NCBI GenBank assembly: GCA_036785375.1
Contig: JAWMAR010000070.1
Span: 4,526,001-4,590,000 of the forward strand
DNA from: Leucoraja ocellata
Taxonomy: Eukaryota
Length of the DNA stretch: 64,000 bases
Direction: 5' to 3'
Position numbers and translations under genes: made by a program. This document shows positions 14,001 through 27,500 of the stretch, in pieces. The notes beneath the pieces were generated by a model that saw only the letters and a list, made by a program, of their open reading frames with translations, searched no databases and was not told where the DNA came from. The first letter of the stretch is position 1; every line of letters begins with the position of its first letter.

Positions 14001-15276
14001 AATCTTGGCAGCAATGGATAACACCAATCCAAGTGAGGGGCTTATAGTCAATGGTGAAATGAGGAACAACATGTTCTCAGAACAGAAATGTGGAACAAGA
14101 TTTGTGGAAGCTAGATTGTGAAACGACTGTGAGATCATTGACAGAGACTGACCCTCAGTTTGAATTTCACAATGTGTAATTGACAATTTAAAAAAAATAT
14201 GTTTTTCATATTTTGATGGGTGGCACAGTGGTACAACTAGCAGAGCTACAGGCTTACAGAGGAGAGAGACCCGAGTTCGAGCTGACCTCGGGTTCTGTCC
14301 GTGTGGAGTTTGCACGTTCTCTCTGTGACCACGTTGGTTTTGCCCGGGTCTTCCGGTTTCCTGCTACATCCAAAAGACTTGCGAGTTTGTAAACTAATTG
14401 CCCTCTGTAAATTGCCCAGAGTGTTAAGGAAGTGTGTAGACACTTGTGTTTGAACATGTGATGGATGGTCGGCGCGGACTGATTGGGCGGAAAAACTTGC
14501 TTCTATGCTAAATCTCTGAACGAATCATCCAATAATATAACATGATGCAATGCGTTAACGTGTTAACAGGTTTGGAGAATAGCAACACAGGGGATTCCTG
14601 CGAATTGTGTGGTGAGCCTGGAAAGATTGTTCTTAACCCACCCAAAAATGTTGGGTATCAAAGGAAACTTGTCATCAGCAGCACGAGGGATGTAGATTAG
14701 AGCCCTAGGTGAAGCAGGCAATCGCTTTCAATTACCCTAATTTCCTTAGACATTACCAATCCTGATGACACCTTAATCCTGCCTCGTTCATCTTCCTGTC
14801 GGTCAATTAAAGTTGGATTCCTTTTTGTTTGCTGAGCGCAACGGAGAGGACTTTACAGTCATAGAGTGATACAGTGTGGAAACAGGCCCTTCGGCCAACT
14901 TGCTCATACCGGCCAACATGCCCCAGCTACACTAGTCCCACCTGCCCGCGTTTGGTCCATATCCCTCCAAACCTGTTCTCGCAATGTGCCAGTCCAACGG
15001 ATAGTCCCTGCCTCACCTACCTCCTCTGGCAGCTCGTTCCATGCACTCACTACCCTTTCTTTGAAAATGTTATGCCTCAGATTCCTAGTAAACCTTTCCC
15101 CCGTCGCATTAAACCTACTCAAATTTAATGTGTGATATTTCATCGGCCACTGTCACGTTTCCTGTTGCATTCTTCCACGTTTATATTGCATTAATATCTG
15201 TGGTCTTGGGAAATAATTTAGCTCTGAGGCCAAAAAGCTGAACAACAAGCTTTGGCCTGGTCGTTTGGATAAATCC

Positions 15277-15313
15277 ATGTGGATTCTGACATTTCTCATT
15301 AGCTACCTGCCCG
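15277..15313 (+). CDS. Orphan leader exon MWILTFLISYLP (no Ig exon before the next leader)
   Basis: 37 nt, ATG...CCCG|GTGAGT, upstream TTTCCTGTT..TTCTTCC motif at 15157-15177. Confidence 0.75.
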
Positions 15314-15809
15314 GTGAGTGACCGTCAAAGTTGGATATTCCAATAATCAGTGTTAGGTTGGGTCTCGTTCAAGGCTTTAAGCCTCGCTTGCTGCGTTATG
15401 TGCTACCCATATGAACACCCCTACCCTTTCCTATCACATAATTTCTGTCCAGGACATCCTCCGTTGCCAGAGTGAGGCTACATGCAAACTGGAGGAACAG
15501 CACCTTATATTTCACTTGCATAATCTTACAACTCAACAGGTTGCACATCCAATTCTCAAATTTCAAGTAACAAACGCCTATCGCCCCTCTCTTCCCTCTG
15601 TTTCCCACTCCATCCCGATGCCCAGGAAGTTCTTCTATCATCTCTGACCCCTACCCCCTTTACCATGTGTATTTACCTTCCTTGGTAAGTCATCCCCTCT
15701 CCTTGGGACCCCCCATTCTGTCATTGTGTAAGTCGCAGAGGAATAATATCCACAAGCATCGTGTCAAAAGTCCAATAGTCTTTGTCCTTTATAATCACAG
15801 TGTCCGATT

Positions 15810-16258
15810 GTATACCAACCTTCCATCCATTGACTCCATCTGCATTACACGCTGCCTTGGCAGGGCCACCACCCTAATCAATGTCCCTTCTCACCCTGGA
15901 CACTCCCTCTTATCCCCTCTCCCATCAGGCAAGAGGTATAGAAATTTGAAAATGCCTCCCTCCAGATTCAGGGTCAGTTTCTTCCCAGCTGTTATCAGGC
16001 GATTGAAGAATCCTTGCACCAACTAGACAGCGGTCCTGAACTCCTATCTATCTACCCCATTGAAGACCCTCAGACTATCTTTACTCGGACTTTACTGGGC
16101 CTTATCTTGGTATCAATGATATTCCCTTCATCCTGTATGTACACTGCGGATGGCTGCTTGTGATCATGTATAGTCTTTTCTCTAACTGGAGAGCATGCAT
16201 CAAAAAGCTTTTCACCGTACCTCGGCCCACGTGACAATAAACTAAACTATACTAAACT
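15810..16258 (+). mobile_element. Rex1/Babar-like LINE 3' fragment
   Basis: PSHPGHSLLSPLPSGKRYR..SRFRVSFFPAVIR motif, ending in AATAAACTAAACT. Confidence 0.75.
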
Positions 16259-17489
16259 TGTCAACTGGACTGTGAATGACATCCTGGCCTAAGATTTTGT
16301 GAGGTGGGCAGGAAGAGATTTATACAAACGTTCAATGTTGCTGAGGTTTAGTCGGAAATCTAATGCCCTTCTCACGACAGTGAGACTTGCTGGGCAAGTG
16401 TAAACTCGTGTCAGTTGTAGGTCGGGATTCCTAGCTGCTTGCGAGAATCAATTCTTGGAATGAAACCCACCTGGAACTGTGGTGCAGCGGTAGAGCTGCC
16501 GTCTCACTTCGCCAGAGACCTGGATTCGATTCTGCCATCGGTCGCTGCCTGTGTGGAGTTTGCATGTTCTCCTTGCGACCACGTGGTTTTTCTCCGGGTG
16601 ACAATAGACAAGTTGACAATAGACAATAGATGCAGGATTAGGTCATTCGGCCCTTCGAGCCAGCACCGTCATTCACTGTGAACGTGGCTGATCATCCACA
16701 TTCAATACCCCGTTCCTGCCTTCTCCCCATATTCCCTGACTCCGTTATTAAATACTCTATTTAACTCTCACTATCTCTTGTTCTGGTTTCCTCCCACATC
16801 CCGAAGATGTACAGGTTTATAGGTTCATTGGCATCTGTAAATGTGTCGAATGTGAAAGTGTGATAACATTGAACTACTGTGAACGGGTGATCGATATTGT
16901 GGACTTGTTTGGGCCGAAGGGACTGCATCCATTCTGTTTCTCTAAACAAACACCCAGGAGCACAACACATCGCCGCCCATCACAGTTCATATCAAATGAA
17001 GCCCACATCGGCATGTCTCGCCCACCACAAGTTGCCTGGCAATGAGCCATCGCTGTACAGCGGCCATCGGTGAGATGGGGGTGGGGCTCTGCCATCCTGT
17101 CCTGTAGCCAACACGCAGCATAGACATGGTGGTCCTCTCTCGACTACAGAAGGAAACGATTCCACAGGTGTGTCCAGAGTTGTCACAATTCCTTCTAACT
17201 TTGTCCAGTTTTCTGCACATCATAGGGTCATGTCATAGGCGCAGCATGGAGTCATAGCGTAACTATATGTTATCATTTGATGAAAACGCACTTAGATTCA
17301 TGCAATTATTTATTGCCAGAGGAAACCTCCTGCTGTTTTTCACAAATTGGCTCACTCTTGCCTCACAATCAGGTTTCCTGTTGCTTTCCTCCTCATTAAT
17401 GTTGTAACATTTCGTCTTGATGGGCGTTTAGTTCTCTGGACTAAAAGCTGAACAATAAACGTCCCAGCATGGGGTCTGCATCTAAAACG

Positions 17490-20400
17490 ATGTTGGTGCC
17501 AATTCTTCTCATTTGTTTCTTGCCCGGTGAGTAACGTTCAGAATTGGACAGTCTGATAAATAGTATTAGTTTGCCTGTTTCCGCTGCAGAGATGGTTTAA
17601 AAATGTCTAGACACGTAAAGCTGCAAAATGTTCAGCATACATTGTAATAATATGACTAGTATTGGAATATAGTCACGTAAACTCCCTCCGTCTATAACAT
17701 GGTACCACACAAATCATCACCTATGTATCTGACTCATATTTCACTTGGGCGGCTTACAACCCAACGGCATGATTATTTATTTCTCTAACTTCAAGTAACC
17801 CTTGCATTCCCTCTCTCTGTGTCAATCCCCACCTTAGTACTCTTGTTAACTTCACCTCTTTCATTCATTCGGCATCACCTCATCCCCAACCAACAATAGA
17901 CCATTGTGGACTCCACATGATTTATTGATGCAGGCTCTGTGTTGCTCTGTACTTTCCCATGCCTCTAGTTTGCCCCTCTCTGACTCGCGGTCTGGTGAAG
18001 GGTCTCGACCCAAAATGTCTCCTATTCCAATTTCTCCAAAGATGATGCCTGATCCGCTGAGTTACTCCAGCATTTTCTGTCTTTCTCAGACCATGGTTGA
18101 TTGTGAAATAAACAAAATGGGAGTTTATTTTCTGAATGTTCGTCTAAGTAATATAATCAAAGTGTAGTGGCGCCCATTCCATTTGTAAACACTAACAGTT
18201 CTCTCGTTCTAATTTAAAGCAGTAGTGAAATAACATTGTCTCCAATTATACTACACCGATTGTTTAAAGTGAAATGTATGAAAAAATGAAATACAGCAGG
18301 GGCAGGTAAGTGGCAGGTGCACCTGGAGAGGGCGAGGGGTGATGGATGGAAGATGAGGAGGGGGCGGGGGCAGGGGGGATTTGAGACGATGCCAGTGTGT
18401 GGTATGGGAAAAAAGACAAGGGGATAAACGAGGTTCAAGTGAATTAGATGGAGATGTCTGGTAGTGAGTAGAATACAGGGCAACATTACCTCTGACACTG
18501 CCGCACTCCCTCTGTGGGCGGCACGTTGGCGCTGGGGTAGAGTTGCGGCCTCACAGCACCAGAGACCTGGGTTCGATCCGGACGACGAGCGCTGTCTGTG
18601 CGGAGTTTGTCGGTTCTCCCTGTGTGTGTGGGGGCTTTCTCCTGGTGCTCTCCGGTATTCTCCCGCACCCCCAAAACGTGCAGGTTTCTGTAAAAATGAA
18701 TATTGGCCCCCGTGTGTGTCAGATAGTGCTAGTGTATGGGTTTCGCTAGTTGGCGTAGAGTAGGTGGGACGAAGGGCCTGTTTCCACGCTGTATCTCTAA
18801 AGTAAAGTCTAAAGTCAGTACATCAAGGTCATGCATAGAGAGGGAGAGCGGATCGCGGGATTACCGAGGAGGCTTTGTCTCCCCTCCACCCCACCCCACC
18901 ACACCGCACCATTACCAGCCCCACACCACCCCACACCCCAATCCCAACTCTCTTCCAGCTATCCGCACCCAACCCCAAATAGTCTGAAGAAAGGCCCTGG
19001 TCAGAAACCTCTCTTGCCCATTCCCTTCTCTGTCGAGTTACACCGGGACTTTGTGTTTGGCTCAAGTGTAAGTGAATGTCCAGATACTGGTTGGACCATT
19101 TGGACCTTCGTTGGTTAGGGTAAGAGGGGGTGGGCCAACAATGTGTTCAGTAGATGTGTCCTCTACATTCTCCTCTCAGTTTCATGAGCACTGTGGGCAA
19201 AGAAACTGGTAAGAGGAGTTTTGGGAAAATCGCTCACAATCGACTGTCACTATGGCGCGGTGCACCGCTCACGCGCAAAGTATTGGTGCGGTGGAAAGAG
19301 TCGCCAGTGTACAGTTTTAGTGGAAACAAATGGACAACACGGGCGGAGTTGAAGAGTGTCAATCACAGATAACCTGGCACGAGAAATATTTACTGTGACT
19401 GTGGAGGATCTTCACTCCAGCGATACAGGATGGCACAACTGTGGAATTAATACATCTAGCAAGGATCCATTGTATAACGTTTATCTCCAAGTATCTGACG
19501 GTACGTTTATCAGCAATTGACGACGTCTCCACTGAAATGCCTGATCCATGTTTTCTCCAGGAAGGGTCAGGGCAGCACCGATATCCCGAGGCTCCGCAGC
19601 AGTGCAGAGACCTGCGGGGAGCCCATCATACCAGTGCCGACTATCAACCACTCATTTACACTCGTCCATCTTTTATGTCTTTCATTATTTCCCCCACATT
19701 CTGATCACCTCCCCCAAAACATACAAGTCGGGGCAGAGCCCTCTAGTGGTGACTGTAAGGTCAGTCTTACCCAGACACAACATATTTCCCCCTCCTTGTA
19801 AATAAAGGCGATCATTTAAGTCCAGTTATCCAATCAAATATATGTTTTCCCCCGAATGAGTCGGGGGGGGGGGGGGGGGGGGGGGTCATCTTGACTAGTT
19901 TTGACCTAGCCATTTTGCCTTGAACAAAATGCACTTACAGGCTCGGAACAACCAGAGTCGATTGTGAGTTATTTAACCGTCAAACACAAGAACATGTGAC
20001 ATTTCGTATTCCTATTCTGAACCTATTGTAAGTATCTTATTGAATAAATAATCATCATAAGCATTAGCATTGCCCACTCTCGTAGTGCACTTCTCAAAAG
20101 TTCAATAATGTTTCTCAAGCAAGATTTTCTCTTTTAAAGTTCCCGTCTATTATTCATTATAATTCTTATTTTCTTCATATCGTCCCGTTTTCTCAATCAG
20201 TCAGGATTCTATCCCTGAAGATCAATCGCAGGCTTAATTGCTGGTTCATATCTGCTTCAGTAGATATGGGCAGTGGGAAGGAGAAGTGGGATAGCAACTC
20301 TTAGTTGGGATAATGCAATTCGATTGGAAATTGGAAGAGCCAGCAGATAGTTGAGAGATATTGTGCAAATTCGGGCAACTAGGGCTAGCCCAGAATGTCA

Positions 20401-20682
20401 ATTTGGTCCGTTTTACAAGGTGGGGCGCGGGGGAAGGGTAGAGGGGCAAGGCCACGTTTCCATGCTTTGACCCTATAATTCCAAGCTGCTCTGTTCAATG
20501 AAGATTACAGAGGAAGCAGGAGATAAATGTTGCAAAGACAAAGCAATTCCCTTTCCTCCCATTGACGTTATATATTGTCTTCTTTCCTCAGTTACATGAT
20601 ATGGAAAGTGGGGCGATGGGTGCTCTTTACCCTGCTTGTGGTGTGGACTATTTCAGTTACATGGTATACAAGAAAACCCCAG
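17490..20682 (+). pseudogene. Activating-type MDIR pseudogene: leader 17490-17526, V 19180-19500, stalk remnant 19621-19759, mini-exons 19941-19963 and 20504-20522, TM 20592-20682
   Basis: V exon has in-frame TGA at 19185 and 19350; C2 exon absent; mini-exon donor reads AT at 20523 instead of GT; TM YMIWKVGRWVLFTLLVVWTISVTWYTRKPQ is homologous to gene C TM. Confidence 0.85.
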
Positions 20683-21548
20683 GTAGGTTTTAATGGGCAT
20701 CAGTGGAATCGCTGAATGCTCCAAAATGCTTTCAAATATACAGGCCAGTCACAAATCACCCACGAATCCTATTGAAACCAAAACTCATTTTCAAAATTTT
20801 CAGTTCCGTGAGTAATATTATAGAACCTTTGTTGGCAAAATGAATTGCAGAGCGCAATGCGGTTAATGTCAGAGTCCTTGAGCCAGTTTCATAATTCATT
20901 TACGTCTAACTCCCTCTTAAATATAGCCAATGAACTTGCCTCAACTACCTTCTGTGGCAGAGAATTCCACAGATTCACCACTCTCTGTGTGAAGAACATT
21001 CTCATCTCGATCCTAAAAACTTCCCCCTTATCCTCAAACTGTGACCCCTTGCTCTGGACATCCCCAACATCGGGAACAATCTTTCTGCATTTAGCCTGTC
21101 CAACCTCTTAAGAATTTTGCAAGTTTCCATAAGATCCCTCCTCAATCTTCTAAATTCTAGCGAGTACTTTCCTCAGATTAGGAGACCAAAACAGTACGCA
21201 ATACTCCAGGTGTGGTCTCACCAAGGCCCTGTACAACTCGTCCTTGATTATGCTGCTGGCCTTGCCAAGGCAACGTGAGGTACGAATGGAGTGAAGGAAA
21301 GAAGGTTGGTTTGTGTGATTACCATCAATCAGCAAAACTAGTTTCAGTCTTATTTGTTAGAAATAATCATGGGCATGTTGTGATGTAAGGTCTCAGACAT
21401 CAGCTGGTCCTTTGTGCGTTTTTGACTAGACTGCCTGCTGCCTACTTCCTCATTTCTATTCCATTTATAATGTAAGTGTTTTTGTTAACTTTGAGGACAA
21501 AGAGCTGAGGGACAAACAGGTGTTGCCCTGGTCTCTACGAATCAAGCA

Positions 21549-21585
21549 ATGTGGGTTCCGATTCTTCTAATTTGTTCCTTGCCGG
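21549..21585 (+). CDS. Gene B leader exon MWVPILLICSLP
   Basis: 37 nt, G|GTGAGT donor; PU.1-like ACTTCCTC at about 21444. Confidence 0.9.
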
Positions 21586-24500
21586 GTGAGTAACAAACAC
21601 AGTGAGATACTTCGATATTCAATTTTCTTTTGCGCCGTTTCCGCGTCAGAGATGGTTTTAAAATGCTGGTGCTTTGGACTTTAGAGATACAGCGTGGAAA
21701 CTGGCCCTTCGGCCCACCGCACGGACCAGTAATCACCCCGCACACTAGCACTATCCTACACTCTAGGAGCAATTTACTGTTAACAAGAGCCAATTAACCT
21801 ACAATCCCGAAGGTCTTTGGACAGTGGGAGGGAATTGGAGCAGCCGTGTCACAGAGAGAACTTACAAACTTCGAATAGACAGCAGCCGCAGTCAGGATCG
21901 AACCTGAGTCTCAGGCGCTGTTATAAAGCACCAACTCCACCGCTGCGCCACTATGCGTCCAAATTCCAAGGATAGAAATTAATACCGATGATGGATTATT
22001 TTCCCACATGTTACTTGTTCGTCAACATTCGTTGTTTCCATAAACTAGGGCACTGTCTGATTCATCTCTCCCCCACTGCGGACACTGGACTTTGCCTTTG
22101 GAACTGGTGCGCTACAATGCCAAGAGCTATATTCTGCATTCTATTAATCCCCCCTCGCTTTGCCTATTGTACTTGAGTTTGTCTTGATTGTATTTATGTA
22201 CAGTATTATCTGGTTAGATTGATAGCACGCAAAACAAAACTTTTCGCTGGATCTTGGTACACGTGGCACTAATACACATCAACCTACTTCCCTTTTAACT
22301 GCGCCACGAATAAAGACAAATAGTCGCAAAATGATCTGTCTTAGTTTGATATGATAATGTAAAGATTACAAGTTATAGGAGTAGAATTAGGCCATGCGGT
22401 CCATCGAGTCTACTCCGCCATTCAATCATGGCTGATCCCTGCCTCCATTTTTCCTGCCTTCTCCCCATAACCATTGACACCCGTTCTAATCAAGAATATT
22501 CAATTTCTGCCTTAGAAATATCCCCTGACTCGGCCTCCACAGCCCTCGGAGGCAATGTGTTCCACGGTTTAACTACCATCTGACTAAAGCAGTTCCTTCG
22601 CACCTCCTTTCTAAAAGAGCGCCCTTTAAATCTGCCCTTATAACCTCTGGTCCTAGACTCTCCCACCAGTGGAAACATCCTTTCCACAGCCACTCTCTTC
22701 ATGCCTTTCATTATTCTCTAAGTTTATTAACCGTGATTTAGCAGCAAAAAATATCTGAATGAAATAAAGGGTAATATTTCTAATGCGCTCTGGCTATCGT
22801 TGAAGGAACAGTGGAATTAATATCCCAAATCGTTAAACTGAAGAGAGTGCAGGGACGATTCACAAGGATGTTACCGGGACTGGAAGACGTGCGATATAAG
22901 GAGAGGTTAGATAGGCTGGAAGCACTACAAACTGTCGGAATCTTGAGCAAATAAATACAACTAGACTAAGTGCCCATGTTCACACGGGAGGCTGGTCCTC
23001 AAAAGCAATATTCCACCTCACCACCAATTCCAATATTGCTGGCCAGTGGTGGGGGGTGGATGGGGGGGGGGGGGTACTTTCTGGAGAGCTAGTATGGGTT
23101 TTGTGGGTCGAAGGGACTGGTTTCCGTAGGGCTAGTATGGACATTGTGGGCCGAATGGATTGTTGGGCCGGCAGCTCAGTCACTCAGGCCTGGTGAGCTA
23201 GCAGCTCAGTTACTCAGGTCTGGTGGGCTGGCACCTCAGTCGCTCAGGCCTGGTGGGCTGGCAGCTCAGTTACACAGGCCTGGTGGCTGGCAGCTCCGAA
23301 ACTGCCAGAAATTCTGCTCAAAACAGGCGGGAGAGTGCGAGAGAGAAGGGGGAGAGGGTGGAGAATCAATTTTAGACCTTTTTCATCTTTTTCTGCAGAT
23401 CACAGCAGTGAAGGTGGAAATTTTATCGTGGCCTGGATCTCACAGGGAGCAAAGGAAGGGAGGGAGAAAAATACTGGGGTGAGGTTTAATGCTTGCAGGG
23501 GGAATACTTACTGATGGGCCGAAGGGACTCCTGGGCTAGTACAGGCCTGATGAGTCCAAGGGACTATTTAGTAAAATCTGAGTGAGATCTAAGTGAAAGG
23601 CACTTTTTCTGTAGTTTCCCTGGCCTCGCATGGGACAAAATGCTCCTCCTGGGATAATACGGGCATTTTAGGCAAAAGCGATTGGTTTCTCGGCTAATAG
23701 GGGCCGACATTAATGGTTTCAGGCAGGCCAAACAACTAATTTTATTTCATTTCCAATTGCATTGCAGTTTCAAGCACATGGCAGGCCAAGCCAAACAGCA
23801 GATTGCATTTTCACTTCATTTCCATTGCCATTGCACTTTCAAGCACAGGGCAGGCTCAAGCCCATCAGCTCATTGCATTTTCACTACATTTTCATTGCCA
23901 TTGCAGTTTCAAGCAGGCCAAACAACTAATTTCATTTTCAATGAGGGCTCACAAATCATTTATTCAAGTACATTGCATACTCACGGTGTTCTGTAGTATC
24001 CCAGTTCAGGCAGAGAGTCGTGCCCTCTCCCTCGCCATCTTGTAGACAGACTGAGCCACGCCCACAATTCTGGGTTTTATACTCCCTCCCCACTCCCATC
24101 GGAAGGGACGTGGTCTTCATGACGTGATTGACAGGAGAGAGAATCTCAAGATTTATAAAATACTAATAAGTCTTTATTTTTCATTGATGGGAAACATCCT
24201 CGGGGCCTGCACAGTGGAGGAGGACTCTGAGTAAGATGGACAAAAAATCAGAGCCATATGTGGTAGCGTTTTTTCTAAAATCAAAGCAGAGTCCAAACAG
24301 GAAGTGATCAAGACGACACCTTTAATTACATAGATGCCAGAGGAATTCAGCTGGTCGGGTTTGCATTGTGTTTGCCTTCAAAATTACCCCTCAACCCCCC
24401 ACCCCCATCTCTTCTTCAGTTTCAGGCGTGTTGTGGGGAGACGGGTTGTTGTCGGCAGCTGTGGGAAAAGCGATTACAACCGACTGCCATTATGATGAAA

Positions 24501-27500
24501 AATATGGATCAAACACGAAGTACTGGTGCCGAGGGAAGAGGCGCCAGTGTTCCCTTTTAGTGGAAACAGACGGGAAACACGGACGGAGTGGAAGAGTGTC
24601 AATCACAGATAACCCGGCACGAGGAATATTTACTGTGACTGTGGAGGATCTTATCTTTGAAGATAATGGTTGGTACAGCTGTGGAATTACAACACCTGGC
24701 GAGGATCAGATATTCAGCACAGAGCTACGTGTGTTTCGCGGTACGTTTATCAGCCATATACTTGACCACTCCACTGAAATGCCAGATCCATGTTTTCTCC
24801 GGGAAGGGTCAGGGCAGCACCGATATCTCGAGGCTCCGCAACAGTGCAGAGACCTGCGGGGAGCGGGCGGGGGTCGGGAAACCCCACTCATGTTGCTCTC
24901 ACCCAGTGCGGGCTCTGTCCCACTGAGCGGCCACCCACTTCAAGTGGGATGTTCAACACATTTCCCTGCGTCTGAACTGTATGAAATGTCACCCTGCCGG
25001 AGGTTTGCATTCCGACTCAAACTAATAATCCGACAGATCAGTGAGAAACAAGTGTTACTCACAGTCTAAATATCTGGAGAATCATAAACAGGGAATCAGT
25101 CCCTAGAGCTCAACAGACTACGTTCAGCCCTCCCGGAGCAGGTCAGCCCGCTCCCCGCCCCCACCTCAGGGATCAGTCATTCCCTCCGCACACCGCCGTC
25201 TCTTTCACTCTCTCCCTCTGCCCCATCAATGCGCCCCCACCCCCAGCAACCACTGCCCACCCACCGCCCGGCAACTAGCCAGCCTCTCCCTGATGGGAGA
25301 CAGATTGCAACCTTGATTTTCACAGTGAACCATCCTCAGCTTCATCGCTGCTCAACCGATCTAAAGCACTGCTGTGCACTGCAAACGCTATACACATGGA
25401 GAGGTACATCAATTGGAATGTATTCGAGGGATATGGGCCAAATGCGGGCGGGTGGGTCTAGTGTAGATGGGACATGTTGGTCGGCATGACCAGGCGGGGC
25501 CCAAAGGGTTACGACAGTGTATGACTATAGCTCTAATAGCAGACTTGGTAGCTTGGGCAGTTGGGAGGAAGCAGTGAAACAGAGAGATTTTAACATTTGG
25601 AGAAAAAGCGCTGAAACAAGCCTTTCGCCCCACCAGCGATCTCCGCACACGAGCACTATCCTACACACACTCGGGACAATTTACGGTTATATCAAACCAA
25701 TAAGCTTGCGAACCCGTTCGTCTTTGGAGTGTGGGAGGAAACCAGAGCACCCGGAGCAAACCCGTGCGGTCGCATCGAGATCGTACATACTCCGTACGGA
25801 GAGCACCCGTAGTGAGGGTTGAGGATTAAAAGGCTGATGCTCTACCGACGGAGGTATTCAGACTCTTAATGGGTAGGGGTGGATGAGGTTGTGAGATTCC
25901 AACGACGAAAGACATGGACATCCGACAGTGTTTGACTTTTTCAGGTGTAGGAAGGAACTGCTGATGTTGGTTTACACCGACGATGGACACACGCACGCTG
26001 CAGTAAGTTAGCAGTCAAGCAGCATCTCTGGAGAAAAAGAATAGGTGACGTCCTGGTCGACTGAGATTCAGGGGAGAGGGGAACTAGAGACATGAAAATG
26101 TACAATGCATGAAAGGTGTGTTGAAAGAACAAATCAAAGTCAGCCAGATGAACATGGAAAGGCGGAGCCCACAATGATCCATTGTGGATTCAAACAGTTA
26201 AACTAAACAAGACGACAAGGAAATCTATCGTTGGTTACACAGAAAAGCTGGAGAAACTCAGCGGGTGCAGCAGCATCTATGGAGCGAAGGAAATAGGCAA
26301 CGTTTCGGGCCGAAACCCTTCTTCAGACTGATCAGGGGTGGGGGTGGGTGGGGACAAGAAAGGGAAAAGGAGGAGTAGCCGGAAGGCTGGAGGGTGGGAG
26401 GAGAAGGCTGGAGGGTGGGAGGAGACAGCAGGGGAGCTGAGGAAGGGGAGGAGACAGCAAGGACTAACAGAATTGGGAGAAGTCGATGTTCATGCCCCCG
26501 GGGTGCAGACTCCCCAAACGGAATATGAGGTGCTGTTCCTCCAATTTCCGGTGCTGCTCGCTGTGGCCATGGAGGAGACCCAGGACAGAGAGGTCGGAGG
26601 CGGAGTGGGAGGGGGAGTTGAAGTGCTGAGCCACCGGGAGGTCAGCTAGGTTATTGCGGACCGAGCGGAGGTGTTCGGCGAAACGATCGCCCAACCTCCG
26701 CTTGGTCTCACCGATATAGATCTGCTGACATCTAGAGCAGCGGACGCAATAGATGAGGTTGGAAGAGATGCAGGTAAACCTCTGTCGCACCTGGAACGAT
26801 TGCTTGGGTCCCTGAACGGAGTTGAGGGGGGAGGTAAAGGGACAAGTGTTGCATCTCCTGCGGCCGCAAGGGAAAGTGCCCGGGGAGGGGGTGGACCGAG
26901 AGGGAAGGGAAGAATTGACAAGGGAGTTATGGAGGGAGCGGTCTTTGCGGAAGGCAGATATGGGGGGAGATGGGAAGATGTGGCTAGTAGTGGGGTCACG
27001 TTGGAGGTGGCGAAACTGACGGAGGATTATTTTTTGTATGTGATGGCTGGTGGGGTGAAAGGTGAGGACTAGGGGGACTCGGCCCTTGTTGCGAGTGCGG
27101 GGATGGGGAGAGAGAGCAGTGTTGCGGGGTATGGAAGAGACCCTGGTGCGAGCCTCATTTATGGTGGAGGAGGGGAACCCCCGTTCCCTGAATAGTGAGG
27201 ACATTTCAGATGTCCTGGTGTGGAACGCCTCATCCGTGGAGCAGATGCGGCGTAGACGGAGGAATTGGGATGGAGTCCTTACAGGAAGCAGGGTGGGAAG
27301 AAGTGTAGTCCAGATAGCCATGGGAGTCAGTGGGTTTATAGTGTATGTCGGTTATAAGTCTATCACCTGCAATGGAGATAGTGAGGTCAAGGAATGGTAG
27401 GGAAGTGTCGGAGATGGTCCAGGTGTATTTCAGTGCCGGGTGGAAATTAGTGGTGAAGTGGATGAAGTCAGTCAGTTGTGTGCGGGTGCAGGAGGTGGCA

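Larger units (their letters stand above)
22955..24335 (+). mobile_element. Non-autonomous Helitron-like element with internal minisatellites
   Basis: Starts AACTAGAC.., ends ..TAATTACATAGAT (Lep1/HINE-like termini by recognition); internal tandem repeats; no coding capacity. Confidence 0.4.

Noticed and set aside
23171-23296. Regular 30-bp repeats resembling a CRISPR array
   Set aside because: No unique spacers, eukaryotic context, minisatellite inside a repeat element
24741-25069. V exon frame stays open about 109 codons into the intron (possible secreted isoform)
   Set aside because: The homologous introns in genes A, C and D stop early or shift frame; likely chance in GC-rich sequence
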